From a virus (Duplodnaviria; Caudoviricetes), in IMG/VR virus record IMGVR_UViG_3300042260_000337: 64,000 nucleotides of DNA; one strand, given 5' to 3'. Below the pieces are notes generated by a model. It saw only the letters and a program-made list of their open reading frames with translations. It made no database searches and was not told where the DNA came from. Both the position numbers and the translations under genes were made by a program. Below, in pieces: positions 56,412-63,526 of this stretch (the stretch's first letter is position 1; every line of letters begins with the position of its first letter).

Positions 56412-56434
56412 CGTATTTCCTTTTTGAAGATTTT

Positions 56435-56509
56435 TGGTGCGGGATGAGAGGGTCGAACTCCCGACATCCTCGGTGTAAACGAGGCGCTCTACCACTGAGC
56501 TAATCCCGC
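56435..56509 (-). tRNA. trnV: tRNA-Val(UAC)
   Basis: GCGGGAT acceptor, TT-TAC-AC loop, CCA. Confidence 0.95.
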
Positions 56510-56513
56510 ACTA

Positions 56514-57212
56514 TTAGTTATTTATCAAGAACGCAATGGTGTCGTAATTAAAACCAATATGGTTGTTTATGACGTGATAATTGTTATTTTTCAATAATTC
56601 CAATGCTTCTAAATTATGAGTTTGATTTCCCGACGAACCTGTCTCAAATCTAATAAACTTTGGGTAAACACCGCCTCGCTTATTACATTCTTTCATCAAA
56701 TCTACAATGAGTTCTGAATCAGCGCCTTCTGCATCAATTTTTACATAGTCTACAGAGGTCACGTCATATGTGTCAAACAATACTTTCCATGATATGCATT
56801 TAACATCCTCACATGTAACCAATCCTTCTTTAAGAAGATTTCTACCATATACTGGTATTAGCTTTTTTTTGTTAGCTTTCGTTTGATTGTTTAAATGTGT
56901 TTGGAAATCATCAGTATAGAAATAATGAAAGTCGTGAGGGCTTCCAATTTTGTTACATCCTTTTAAAAAAAGACGCAACTTTTCTTTTTCTATAACTTCT
57001 GACTTGACATAGTAAATTTTTACATTATTTTCTGTTTTTAAGAGTTCATTTGGGACCATTGCCGCATGAACTTTTTTGACATTTTTTTTGTTTGGAAGAA
57101 CGTCTACATATTCACCAACTGCTTCTATGGATATTCCATAAATTTCATCGCTGCTTATTTCGCACAACGTGTCAAAGTCTGATGTTCCTACTTCTATAAA
57201 ATCATAATGCAA
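56514..57212 (-). CDS. FkbM-like methyltransferase
   Basis: FIEVGTSD, SIEAV, YVKIDAEG and PKFIRFE. Confidence 0.7.
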   Translation of the reverse strand: MHYDFIEVGTSDFDTLCEISSDEIYGISIEAVGEYVDVLPNKKNVKKVHAAMVPNELLKTENNVKIYYVKSEVIEKEKLRLFLKGCNKIGSPHDFHYFYTDDFQTHLNNQTKANKKKLIPVYGRNLLKEGLVTCEDVKCISWKVLFDTYDVTSVDYVKIDAEGADSELIVDLMKECNKRGGVYPKFIRFETGSSGNQTHNLEALELLKNNNYHVINNHIGFNYDTIAFLINN

Positions 57213-57294
57213 TTATTATTCCAGTGACTTTTGTGTTTTTTTCAACGGGAAGTATGTTACCCGAATGGCATATTCAAATCATATGCTAGGATTT

Positions 57295-57369
57295 TGGAGC
57301 GGGCGATGAGATTCGAACTCACGACATTTTCGTTGGCAACGAAAGGCTCTACCACTGAGCTACACCCGC
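57295..57369 (-). tRNA. trnG: tRNA-Gly(GCC)
   Basis: GCGGGTG acceptor, TT-GCC-AA loop, U73, CCA. Confidence 0.95.
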
Positions 57370-57425
57370 ATAGATTTGCATACTGGCATATACAAATTCG
57401 AAGTCCATAAAGGACACTTTGATAT

Positions 57426-57500
57426 TGGTGGAGAATAGGGGGTTCGAACCCCTGATTCAAGAGTGCAAATCTTGCGTGATCCCGATTTCACCAATTCCCC
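57426..57500 (-). tRNA. trnA: tRNA-Ala(UGC)
   Basis: TT-TGC-AC loop, G3:U70 identity pair, CCA. Confidence 0.93.
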
Positions 57501-57933
57501 ATTTATTTTTTACCAACTCTGCTATTGTCGGTATAACCTCGTTTTTCCATTTACTGTGAACCATTTCATGATGATTTGGACACAATGGTATTAGATTTGT
57601 TGGATTGTTATTTTCGTGATTTTCATCTATGTGATGAATAGACACTATTTTATCAAATCCACATATAGCACATTCTTGCTTCCAGTGATTGAATGCGATA
57701 GTTCTGTAACTCACCGCGTTGTCAACCCACCAAGTTTTACGATTGTTCGCGCAACTGCGAGAACAAAAACGTGCATTTTTATATGCTTTTGTCTTTTCTC
57801 TACCATTCCAAATATATGAGTTGTTACAGCATTCACATATTTTTATGTGGTCTATAATGGGACCAAAGCGTTTATCGTTTTTAGCTTCTTGTAAAGCCTT
57901 GTATTGTTCAGTATGATATTTTCCGTTGTTCAT
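57457..57933 (-). CDS. HNH homing endonuclease
   Basis: CECC...FCSRSC; CAICG, SIHHIDENHENNNPTNLIPLCPNHH; start refined to 57933; the stop lies inside tRNA-Ala. Confidence 0.9.
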   Translation of the reverse strand: MNNGKYHTEQYKALQEAKNDKRFGPIIDHIKICECCNNSYIWNGREKTKAYKNARFCSRSCANNRKTWWVDNAVSYRTIAFNHWKQECAICGFDKIVSIHHIDENHENNNPTNLIPLCPNHHEMVHSKWKNEVIPTIAELVKNKWGIGEIGITQDLHS

Positions 57934-57983
57934 ACTATTATTTATCAAAAAAGCGATATTCAATCGCTCTTTCCTCTATATTT

Positions 57984-58068
57984 TGGTGCGGGTAGAGGGA
58001 CTTGAACCCCCACACCTTACGGTGCCAGAACCTAAATCTGGTGCGTCTACCAATTTCGCCATACCCGC
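57984..58068 (-). tRNA. trnL: tRNA-Leu(UAG)
   Basis: TT-TAG-GT loop, long variable arm, A73, CCA. Confidence 0.95.
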
Positions 58069-58081
58069 ATTGTGAAGTTGA

Positions 58082-58157
<76 letters not shown>

Positions 58158-58191
58158 ACAATGAACTTCACATACTTATTTATCTTTTATA

Positions 58192-58458
58192 TCAAGAATC
58201 GGTAATTTTGTCAACAACTTTTTTCAAGTATTCGTAAGTTTCTTCGTAAGTCTTGAAAACTTTTGTTCCACTCTTACTTATCACTCTTACCGATGAACCA
58301 AAACATTGAACTAATCCAAAGTTTGGAAATCTACCATTGCCATTGAATCTGGCGTTCCATCTTGTTCTTCTTCTTACTGGTTCATGAAACTCATGTGGAA
58401 TGTTTAGTATCTCACTGCATTTCATGTAGAACTCTTCTTTTTCTGATAGTGTTTTCAT
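58192..58458 (-). CDS. Hypothetical protein (88 aa)
   Basis: RBS GAGG. Confidence 0.7.
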   Translation of the reverse strand: MKTLSEKEEFYMKCSEILNIPHEFHEPVRRRTRWNARFNGNGRFPNFGLVQCFGSSVRVISKSGTKVFKTYEETYEYLKKVVDKITDS

Positions 58459-58551
58459 ATTATCCTCTCACATCAAACACGGTTTAGGCTCTACCGAAAA
58501 CCATAACAAGAGGTTACTTCGCAATCTAAATGCTACTAACATTGTCTATAT

Positions 58552-58625
58552 TGGAGCGGGTGACGGGAATCGAACCCGTGTCATTAGCTTGGAAGGCTAA
58601 GGTCTTACCATTACACAACACCCGC
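58552..58625 (-). tRNA. trnG: tRNA-Gly(UCC), copy 1
   Basis: CT-TCC-AA loop, U73, CCA. Confidence 0.95.
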
Positions 58626-58786
58626 ATAAAACTTATATCTAGACCCGATCTTTTCACCCCCAGAGCAAACAGAAGATTGACTGCATATATTTAGCGGCAA
58701 CCAGCGTCTATTATCTTTCCAAGTTAGCCCAACGGCAAGTCTCGCCCATGTCTCTTATGTGTTTCATCAGCAAGAATCTAGATTAT

Positions 58787-58860
58787 TGGAGCGGATAGTC
58801 GGGATCGAACCGACGACAAGAGATTGGAAATCTCGCATGTTACCCCTACACCATACCCGC
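58787..58860 (-). tRNA. trnG: tRNA-Gly(UCC), copy 2 (divergent)
   Basis: TT-TCC-AA loop, U73, CCA; mismatch at the top of the anticodon stem. Confidence 0.88.
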
Positions 58861-58908
58861 AGTGTTTTGACGGTGTTTGGTGACGCAGACCGACAACTGC
58901 TCCATAAA

Positions 58909-58985
58909 TGGTCGGGGTAAAAGGATTCGAACCCTTGACCTCTCGGACCCAAACCGAGCGCACTACCAGACTGTGCTACACCCCG
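58909..58985 (-). tRNA. trnP: tRNA-Pro(UGG), copy 1
   Basis: CGGGGTG acceptor, TT-TGG-GT loop, CCA. Confidence 0.95.
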
Positions 58986-58999
58986 TTGATTATTGTAGT

Positions 59000-59028
59000 A
59001 ATATACTACAATAAATGTTCTCTGTCAA
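59000..59028 (-). promoter_or_regulatory. Sigma70-like promoter inside tRNA array
   Basis: TTGACA, 17-nt spacer, TATATT. Confidence 0.75.
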
Positions 59029-59038
59029 GAACTAAATC

Positions 59039-59115
59039 TGGTCTGGGTAGTAGGATTTGAACCTACGGCCTCCGCAGTCCAAGTGCGGCACTCTACCAGA
59101 CTGAGCCATACCCAG
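59039..59115 (-). tRNA. trnP: tRNA-Pro(UGG), copy 2
   Basis: CTGGGTA acceptor, CT-TGG-AC loop, CCA. Confidence 0.92.
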
Positions 59116-59134
59116 ATAAAAAGTTATTTTTTGT

Positions 59135-59210
59135 TGGCTGGGAAGGGTGGGTTCGAACCACCAACCAACGGATTCAAAGTCCGCTACTCTACCAATTGAG
59201 CTACTTCCCA
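59135..59210 (-). tRNA. trnQ: tRNA-Gln(UUG)
   Basis: U1-A72, CT-TTG-AA loop, G73, CCA. Confidence 0.95.
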
Positions 59211-59218
59211 ACAATACT

Positions 59219-59369
59219 ACAGTGACATGCAGCTACTATTTCCCTCGGAAACGTTTGACTGTGTATGAAGTGTTGTTATAGACAGGGCTGTTTGCAGCTT
59301 TAACGTAAATCATACACAAGTGCAGAGGATCGCACGGTCTTCCCTCACAAGGGGAGATTATATCACTGT
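59219..59369 (-). ncRNA. Candidate ~150-nt multibranch structured RNA
   Basis: Closing helix ACAGTGA/TCACTGT, inner 9-bp TGTGTATGA/TCATACACA and several small hairpins; no ORF. Confidence 0.45.
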
Positions 59370-59459
59370 CTAATCTAAATAGGTGTCCATTTAGAGTTTG
59401 GACAAACTTGGGGCTTCAAAAGCCACTCCACCACTTGCTTTTACAAAAGCAAGAAAATA

Positions 59460-59533
59460 TGGCGACCGATACGGGACTCGAACCCGTTTTACCTGGTAGA
59501 CAGCCAAGTGTAATACCCATATACCAATCGGCC
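59460..59533 (-). tRNA. trnD: tRNA-Asp(GUC)
   Basis: CT-GTC-TA loop, G73, CCA. Confidence 0.93.
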
Positions 59534-59540
59534 AAACGGT

Positions 59541-59717
59541 TTAGCGTTTGTTGGTTGCTACGTCACGAATGACTTCAAGTGCTTCTTCAAGTGAAAGAAC
59601 AACTACCTTAGCAGATGCCCATTCTTCATTGTCATCGTATCCACGATATTCAATGATATATCCATTGTCTGCGAAGGCAATAGACATATCTTCTACTTTG
59701 TTTGTTACTTCTGCCAT
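59541..59717 (-). CDS. Hypothetical protein
   Basis: Start refined to MAEVT with RBS GAGG. Confidence 0.7.
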   Translation of the reverse strand: MAEVTNKVEDMSIAFADNGYIIEYRGYDDNEEWASAKVVVLSLEEALEVIRDVATNKR

Positions 59718-59827
59718 TGTTTCCTCTAAAGTTAATATGAGTGGCATTCCACCACTCCGTCAGGTTTGAGCACACGAGTCTCGGCTTCAGACTTCCCGAA
59801 TCCTTACGGCAAAAATACAGTTCACAG

Positions 59828-60523
59828 TTACGGGCTTTCACTCCCTGTATTCTTTTCTTTGGTCCACTGAACTATTGGATTTAAGTCTTTACCAGCCAGG
59901 GAATCTCTATTCAACTTATTTTCATAAGTGAGGGAAATCGGGCTTAAATCCTCATTAAAAAAGTGTTTACTCGTTACTTTAATCCACTCATTGAACTCTT
60001 CATCGTTTTCATACACAATCTTGTTGTGCGAAAACTTGTTACTAAACATACTCTGAACTGGTTCGTATCTAAACATACCCAACAAGAACTTTGCTTGATT
60101 GATTGCGTGTTCTTGTCTTCCGTATCTTTCGCCGTATACGGAATAGTAAGACTTTCCGCAGTCGGAACAAGTTACATATTTCTTTCTGAGTAAGTCTGAT
60201 ATTGACAGATTATACCAAAACTTTTCAATCTTGTCAAATCTTTTTCCTTGTAGAAATGCTAACGCAATCGTCAACGATCTATATTCTTGTGCAAGATAGT
60301 GATGTTTATTATTCAGGCAAGCAGCTACACCTTCGTGTCTTATACCTAACTTAGCAAGGTAATGGCCACCTTTGTTATCACTTCCAAGTTTGTGTCCATG
60401 TTCGCGTTGGTATTTGTGACCAGTTTTGTAATAGCCGCTTCTATCTTTTTTGAGTTCTTTGATTGATTTTTCCAAGAACTCTTTTCTATGTTGCAGTTTG
60501 ATTTTGGTTTCGTCAATATTCAT
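59828..60523 (-). CDS. Hypothetical protein (231 aa)
   Basis: Coupled (ATGA) to the upstream ORF; single CxxC. Confidence 0.7.
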   Translation of the reverse strand: MNIDETKIKLQHRKEFLEKSIKELKKDRSGYYKTGHKYQREHGHKLGSDNKGGHYLAKLGIRHEGVAACLNNKHHYLAQEYRSLTIALAFLQGKRFDKIEKFWYNLSISDLLRKKYVTCSDCGKSYYSVYGERYGRQEHAINQAKFLLGMFRYEPVQSMFSNKFSHNKIVYENDEEFNEWIKVTSKHFFNEDLSPISLTYENKLNRDSLAGKDLNPIVQWTKEKNTGSESP

Positions 60524-60780
60524 TTGTCTTCTCCATTTTGAATCAAAGCCTCATTGGACTCTGTAATACTAAGGTAACAGTTCTTGATTTTAATCGCACC
60601 TTTTGTGTGCGGGTTGTCAGGTGTTTCCTTAGTAGACCACCCTACTTCTGATATGACATGATTAACATAAAAGGTTTGACCTTTTGCTTTAACCACCCAC
60701 ATTGGAATAGTCGGGTCTTCAAGATGTTTTTTGTTGAAGTGAAATACTAACTCGTTGACTTTTGTTTTTTCAATCTACAT
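60520..60780 (-). CDS. Phage protein interrupted by an in-frame amber codon at position 2
   Basis: AAAGGATAAACT-ATG-TAG-ATT-GAA... continues in frame for 24 sense codons (IEKTKVNELVFHFNKKHLEDPTIP) into the tracked ORF at 60702. Confidence 0.6.
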
Positions 60781-60889
60781 AGTTTATCCTTTCTGATTGA
60801 GTAGGTTACTGACGATCTAAATGGGTATTGGCGTTAGCCGCAGGGTTTCAGGTTCCTACTCGCTACTACAAACCCTTTTTCGCTTTATT

Positions 60890-60966
60890 TGGTGGCCCTA
60901 GTGGGACTCGAACCCACGACCAATAGTTTTAGGGACTGCCGCTCTAACCAACTGAGCTACAGGGCC
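60890..60966 (-). tRNA. tRNA with CUA anticodon (amber-suppressor-like; C33, C28:A42 mismatch)
   Basis: GGCCCTG/TAGGGCC acceptor, GCTC/GAGC D arm, GCAGT-CCCTAAA-ACTAT anticodon arm, GTGGG-TTCGAGT-CCCAC T arm, A73, CCA. Confidence 0.7.
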
Positions 60967-60999
60967 AATATGAATGAGTGTTTACCCTATCGTTGCTCG

Positions 61000-61249
61000 G
61001 TATTCATTATGGTAAGTAATGAAATCCCAAGCTATTGTCGGAAGCGTTTGACCTCCACGGTTCATTTGGATACCACCTCGCATTACTTCGCGGTGTTACT
61101 GCCACACTCAGAGGATACATTGATTTCAAGTCCTATACGACCACAATAGAGGCTCTTGCGAGTAGTCTACCGTCTAACCATATAGTGTTCTGCGCGTCTT
61201 TCCAATCCAACCAAGATAAACCCCGTTGGCGGTAGGAACTCAATGTATC
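61000..61249 (-). ncRNA. Candidate structured RNA between GOLLD-like RNA and tRNA(CUA)
   Basis: 10-bp helix GATACATTGA/TCAATGTATC (61249-61240 with 61123-61114) enclosing a CTC-GCAA-GAG hairpin; no convincing ORF. Confidence 0.4.
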
Positions 61250-61275
61250 GTCAAAATGTGATTTCATTTTGTCAA

Positions 61276-62120
61276 GGCTGAGATTATACCTTGAGGTGAG
61301 TGCCTTCGGTCATTACCCAATCCCTTGCGAGGATGGTTCTACCTTTATCCACAAGAGTCGTTTCCGATCATCTTGTATCACTCAATGCGGCCTTTGTTAG
61401 AGAGTGGCATTTCTCTCGTCGCATACTGCTATTCATCCTTCCATCTTCCGCCAGCCTTGCGGGCTGTTCAAGGTCGCTAAACCCTTACGTCTTCTGTCCG
61501 AATAATCACGTCCACCTTGCGAGTTTCAGTGAACCATATTCTCTTGCGAGTATGGTATTACGCATCTTTCACAGTATACCGAGGTAGTCTTTCGCTTTTG
61601 TTTCAATAATAGGAGTTGAACCTACAATCGTTCTCTTAGAAGGAGACTGCATTACCATTATGCAATATTGCGAACCTATTTCGATGTGCTACCTCAGTTG
61701 CACCATACCTTGTTAGATACAGTATACAACACACCGACTGTCTTTTGCCTTGCGGGCTACTCAACGTCTTTTCAAGTATCCGGGGCCTAACCCTTCCACT
61801 CTCAAGATGCTACTACGCCTTTCCTTGCAGGGTCAGACAGTGTAGCTACCTGTTAACCTTCAGTATTCGTTAGTTTGGCTGAAAACTGTTCGGACGCCAA
61901 TCCTCTTACCACTCACCGACTGGCTCTGTGGCTATCCTTTCAGACAGTTCTCCTAACTTACTACCTACCGCCTCTCTACAGACGGGACTTGCTTTCGGTT
62001 TAATCCGAGTCAAGTCTGGTTCAGGCTTGTATAGATGGACCATCACTGGCGCAAGTTTATAGGAAACCTTGCTTTGGGCGTATTACTACGCTTACCCTTA
62101 TGGACGCTATACCGCCCAAT
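61276..62120 (-). ncRNA. Large ornate ncRNA, GOLLD-like, with embedded tRNA-like domain
   Basis: About 845 nt with no plausible coding, own promoter, five C-GCAA-G tetraloops, many helices, GAGUAGCCCGCAAGGCAAAAGAC and a 3' UAAUCUCAGCC; tRNA-array context. Confidence 0.7.
61601..61672 (-). tRNA. tRNA-Arg(UCU)-like domain embedded in large ncRNA (defective acceptor end, no CCA)
   Basis: GCAT/ATGC D stem, CT-TCT-AA loop, GTAGG-TTCAACT-CCTAT T arm; top two acceptor pairs mismatched. Confidence 0.6.
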
Positions 62121-62126
62121 CTCTAC

Positions 62127-62155
62127 ATCCTAACTCAATTCCGAAGAAGAGTCAA
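62127..62155 (-). promoter_or_regulatory. Sigma70-like promoter of the large ncRNA
   Basis: TTGACT, 17-nt spacer, TAGGAT, with an upstream A-tract. Confidence 0.7.
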
Positions 62156-62164
62156 GGACTTTTT

Positions 62165-62545
62165 TTATTTTTTTGGAACAGGACTGTCAGAAAAGACATC
62201 CGATTTTTCTTTGCTCTTGCCGTTTGTAAGTTTAGTAACTTCAACATTCAATAGCTTTGCAGCCATTGTAATGATTTCCATTTCGGCATCAGTATACGCA
62301 ACAGCTAACATGTTTTCGGCATACGCAGATTCTTGATCAAACTTATGCGGATTAGATTTATCTTTGGATGCAGCAGCCGCAGCAAATGCAACACCCATTC
62401 TATATTGAACATATGGGTCAGTGCTACGGAGTTGCTTGAAGGCAACCATATCAGGTAACGCATCTTTCATTTGGTCAGATACATCCCCTGCTTTGAAGTA
62501 TTCTTTGTTTGCCAAAGATTCAGATATTATGTCACGTATTTTCAT
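62165..62545 (-). CDS. Late hypothetical protein
   Basis: MKIRDIISE N-terminus; TGATAAATA and RBS GGAG upstream. Confidence 0.75.
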   Translation of the reverse strand: MKIRDIISESLANKEYFKAGDVSDQMKDALPDMVAFKQLRSTDPYVQYRMGVAFAAAAASKDKSNPHKFDQESAYAENMLAVAYTDAEMEIITMAAKLLNVEVTKLTNGKSKEKSDVFSDSPVPKK

Positions 62546-62697
62546 CAATCAAGTCTCCGCTGATAATAGTATTTATCATTCAGAGACGACTGTATTGGCT
62601 TTCCAGCTACCTTAGAAGCAAGCCATATTGGACATTGCTTTACATCACAACAGCTTTGAACTGAGAGATTGTGGCAACTAAGACTGGAAACTTGTGG

Positions 62698-62756
62698 TTG
62701 GCTCTACACGCATCGCCCCGTGCGATTTAACTGACTAGGGTTATTGTCAGGACCGA
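62698..62756 (-). ncRNA. Two-hairpin RNA motif, copy A
   Basis: TCGGTC-CTGAC/GTCAG-TTAAATCG-CACG/CGTG-TAGAGCCA. Confidence 0.5.
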
Positions 62757-62828
62757 AATAGGGTGGAAACGTCATTACAAGTAACGCTTCCGTTACTATC
62801 TATTATCATCCCCGATAGTGGGGGTATT

Positions 62829-62904
62829 TGGCTCCCAGTGCAGGGCTCGAACCTGCGACATTCTGATTAACAGTCAGACGCTCTACCAACTGAGCTAACT
62901 GGAA
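62829..62904 (-). tRNA. trnN: tRNA-Asn(GUU)
   Basis: CT-GTT-AA loop, G73, CCA. Confidence 0.95.
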
Positions 62905-62913
62905 ACATAGTTT

Positions 62914-62971
62914 TTGGCTCTATCCCAACGCAGGAGGACGATTTAACTGCTATATGCCGTAGCAGGACCGA
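62914..62971 (-). ncRNA. Two-hairpin RNA motif, copy B
   Basis: TCGGTC-CTGCTA/TAGCAG-TTAAATCG-TCC/GGA-TAGAGCCA; late motif TGATAAATA about 20 nt upstream. Confidence 0.5.
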
Positions 62972-63013
62972 GATTCTTGCGTCTTACGTATTTATCATAC
63001 TGCGCTAGTATTT

Positions 63014-63090
63014 TGGTAGGGGATGAGGGACTTGAACCCCCAACCGACCCGTTATGAGCGGGCAACTCTGACCAATTGAGCTAATCCCCC
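63014..63090 (-). tRNA. tRNA with CAU anticodon (Ile2 more likely than elongator Met)
   Basis: CT-CAT-AA loop in a CCCG/CGGG stem, CCA; not an initiator (no C1:A72 mismatch, no three G-C pairs). Confidence 0.85.
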
Positions 63091-63250
63091 ATATCTGTTT
63101 TCAGCTACACACAACACTTTCCAACCCGTAAAGGCTAGTGTGCCAAGTGTGTATGTGAAAACAGATTTTGTGCAATCAGGTCTTACAGGTTTATCACCCC
63201 GCCTGATCTTGTTTTCAAGCCATCATCGCTTTCGCTAGGCCAGCATCGTA

Positions 63251-63279
63251 AATTTTCAAAGAGCGTGGAACACCGTTCC
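63251..63279 (-). promoter_or_regulatory. rrn-type antitermination element (boxB-like hairpin + boxA)
   Basis: GGAAC-GGT-GTTCC hairpin followed by GCTCTTTGAAAATT, resembling rrn boxA TGCTCTTTAACAATT. Confidence 0.65.
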
Positions 63280-63291
63280 GATTACTTGTTT

Positions 63292-63517
63292 CTTATATCA
63301 CGTTCGTTTTTCGTTGTCAAGAACTCTTTTCAACTTTTTTCGTCCGCGTTTCAGTTCCGAGCATCGTTCCTTTGTGTCCCGCTCTATGTTCTTAACTTAG
63401 CAAACTTTGTTTTCTTTGTCAAGAACTTTTTTTCTTTTTTTTCACGGCTGCTTCTGGTTACTAGCCTTAGCCCTTCCGCGATATTCTTAACTTACCAAAC
63501 TCTGTTTGATTCGTCAA
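63292..63517 (-). promoter_or_regulatory. Three tandem sigma70-like promoters with A-rich UP elements
   Basis: TTGACG-17-TAAGTT (63517-63489), TTGACA-17-TAAGTT (63422-63394) and TTGACA-17-TATAAG (63320-63292), each preceded by A-tract-GTTC. Confidence 0.8.
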
Positions 63518-63526
63518 GAACTTTTT

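Noticed and set aside
57241-57290. Degenerate tRNA downstream of tRNA-Gly(GCC)
   Set aside because: Only two short hairpins; no recognisable cloverleaf.
60799-60875. Theta (HDV-like) ribozyme after tRNA(CUA)
   Set aside because: Only 6 nt lie between the candidate P2 5' and P1 3' strands, too short for P3-L3-P3, and there is no convincing J4/2.
62698-62971. SAM-II riboswitch or pistol/hammerhead ribozyme for the repeated motif
   Set aside because: GATTTAAC and TTAAAT are only partial matches; the remaining conserved cores (AUAAAUGUAGC; AGCG-P3-GU; CUGAUGA/GAAA) are absent.
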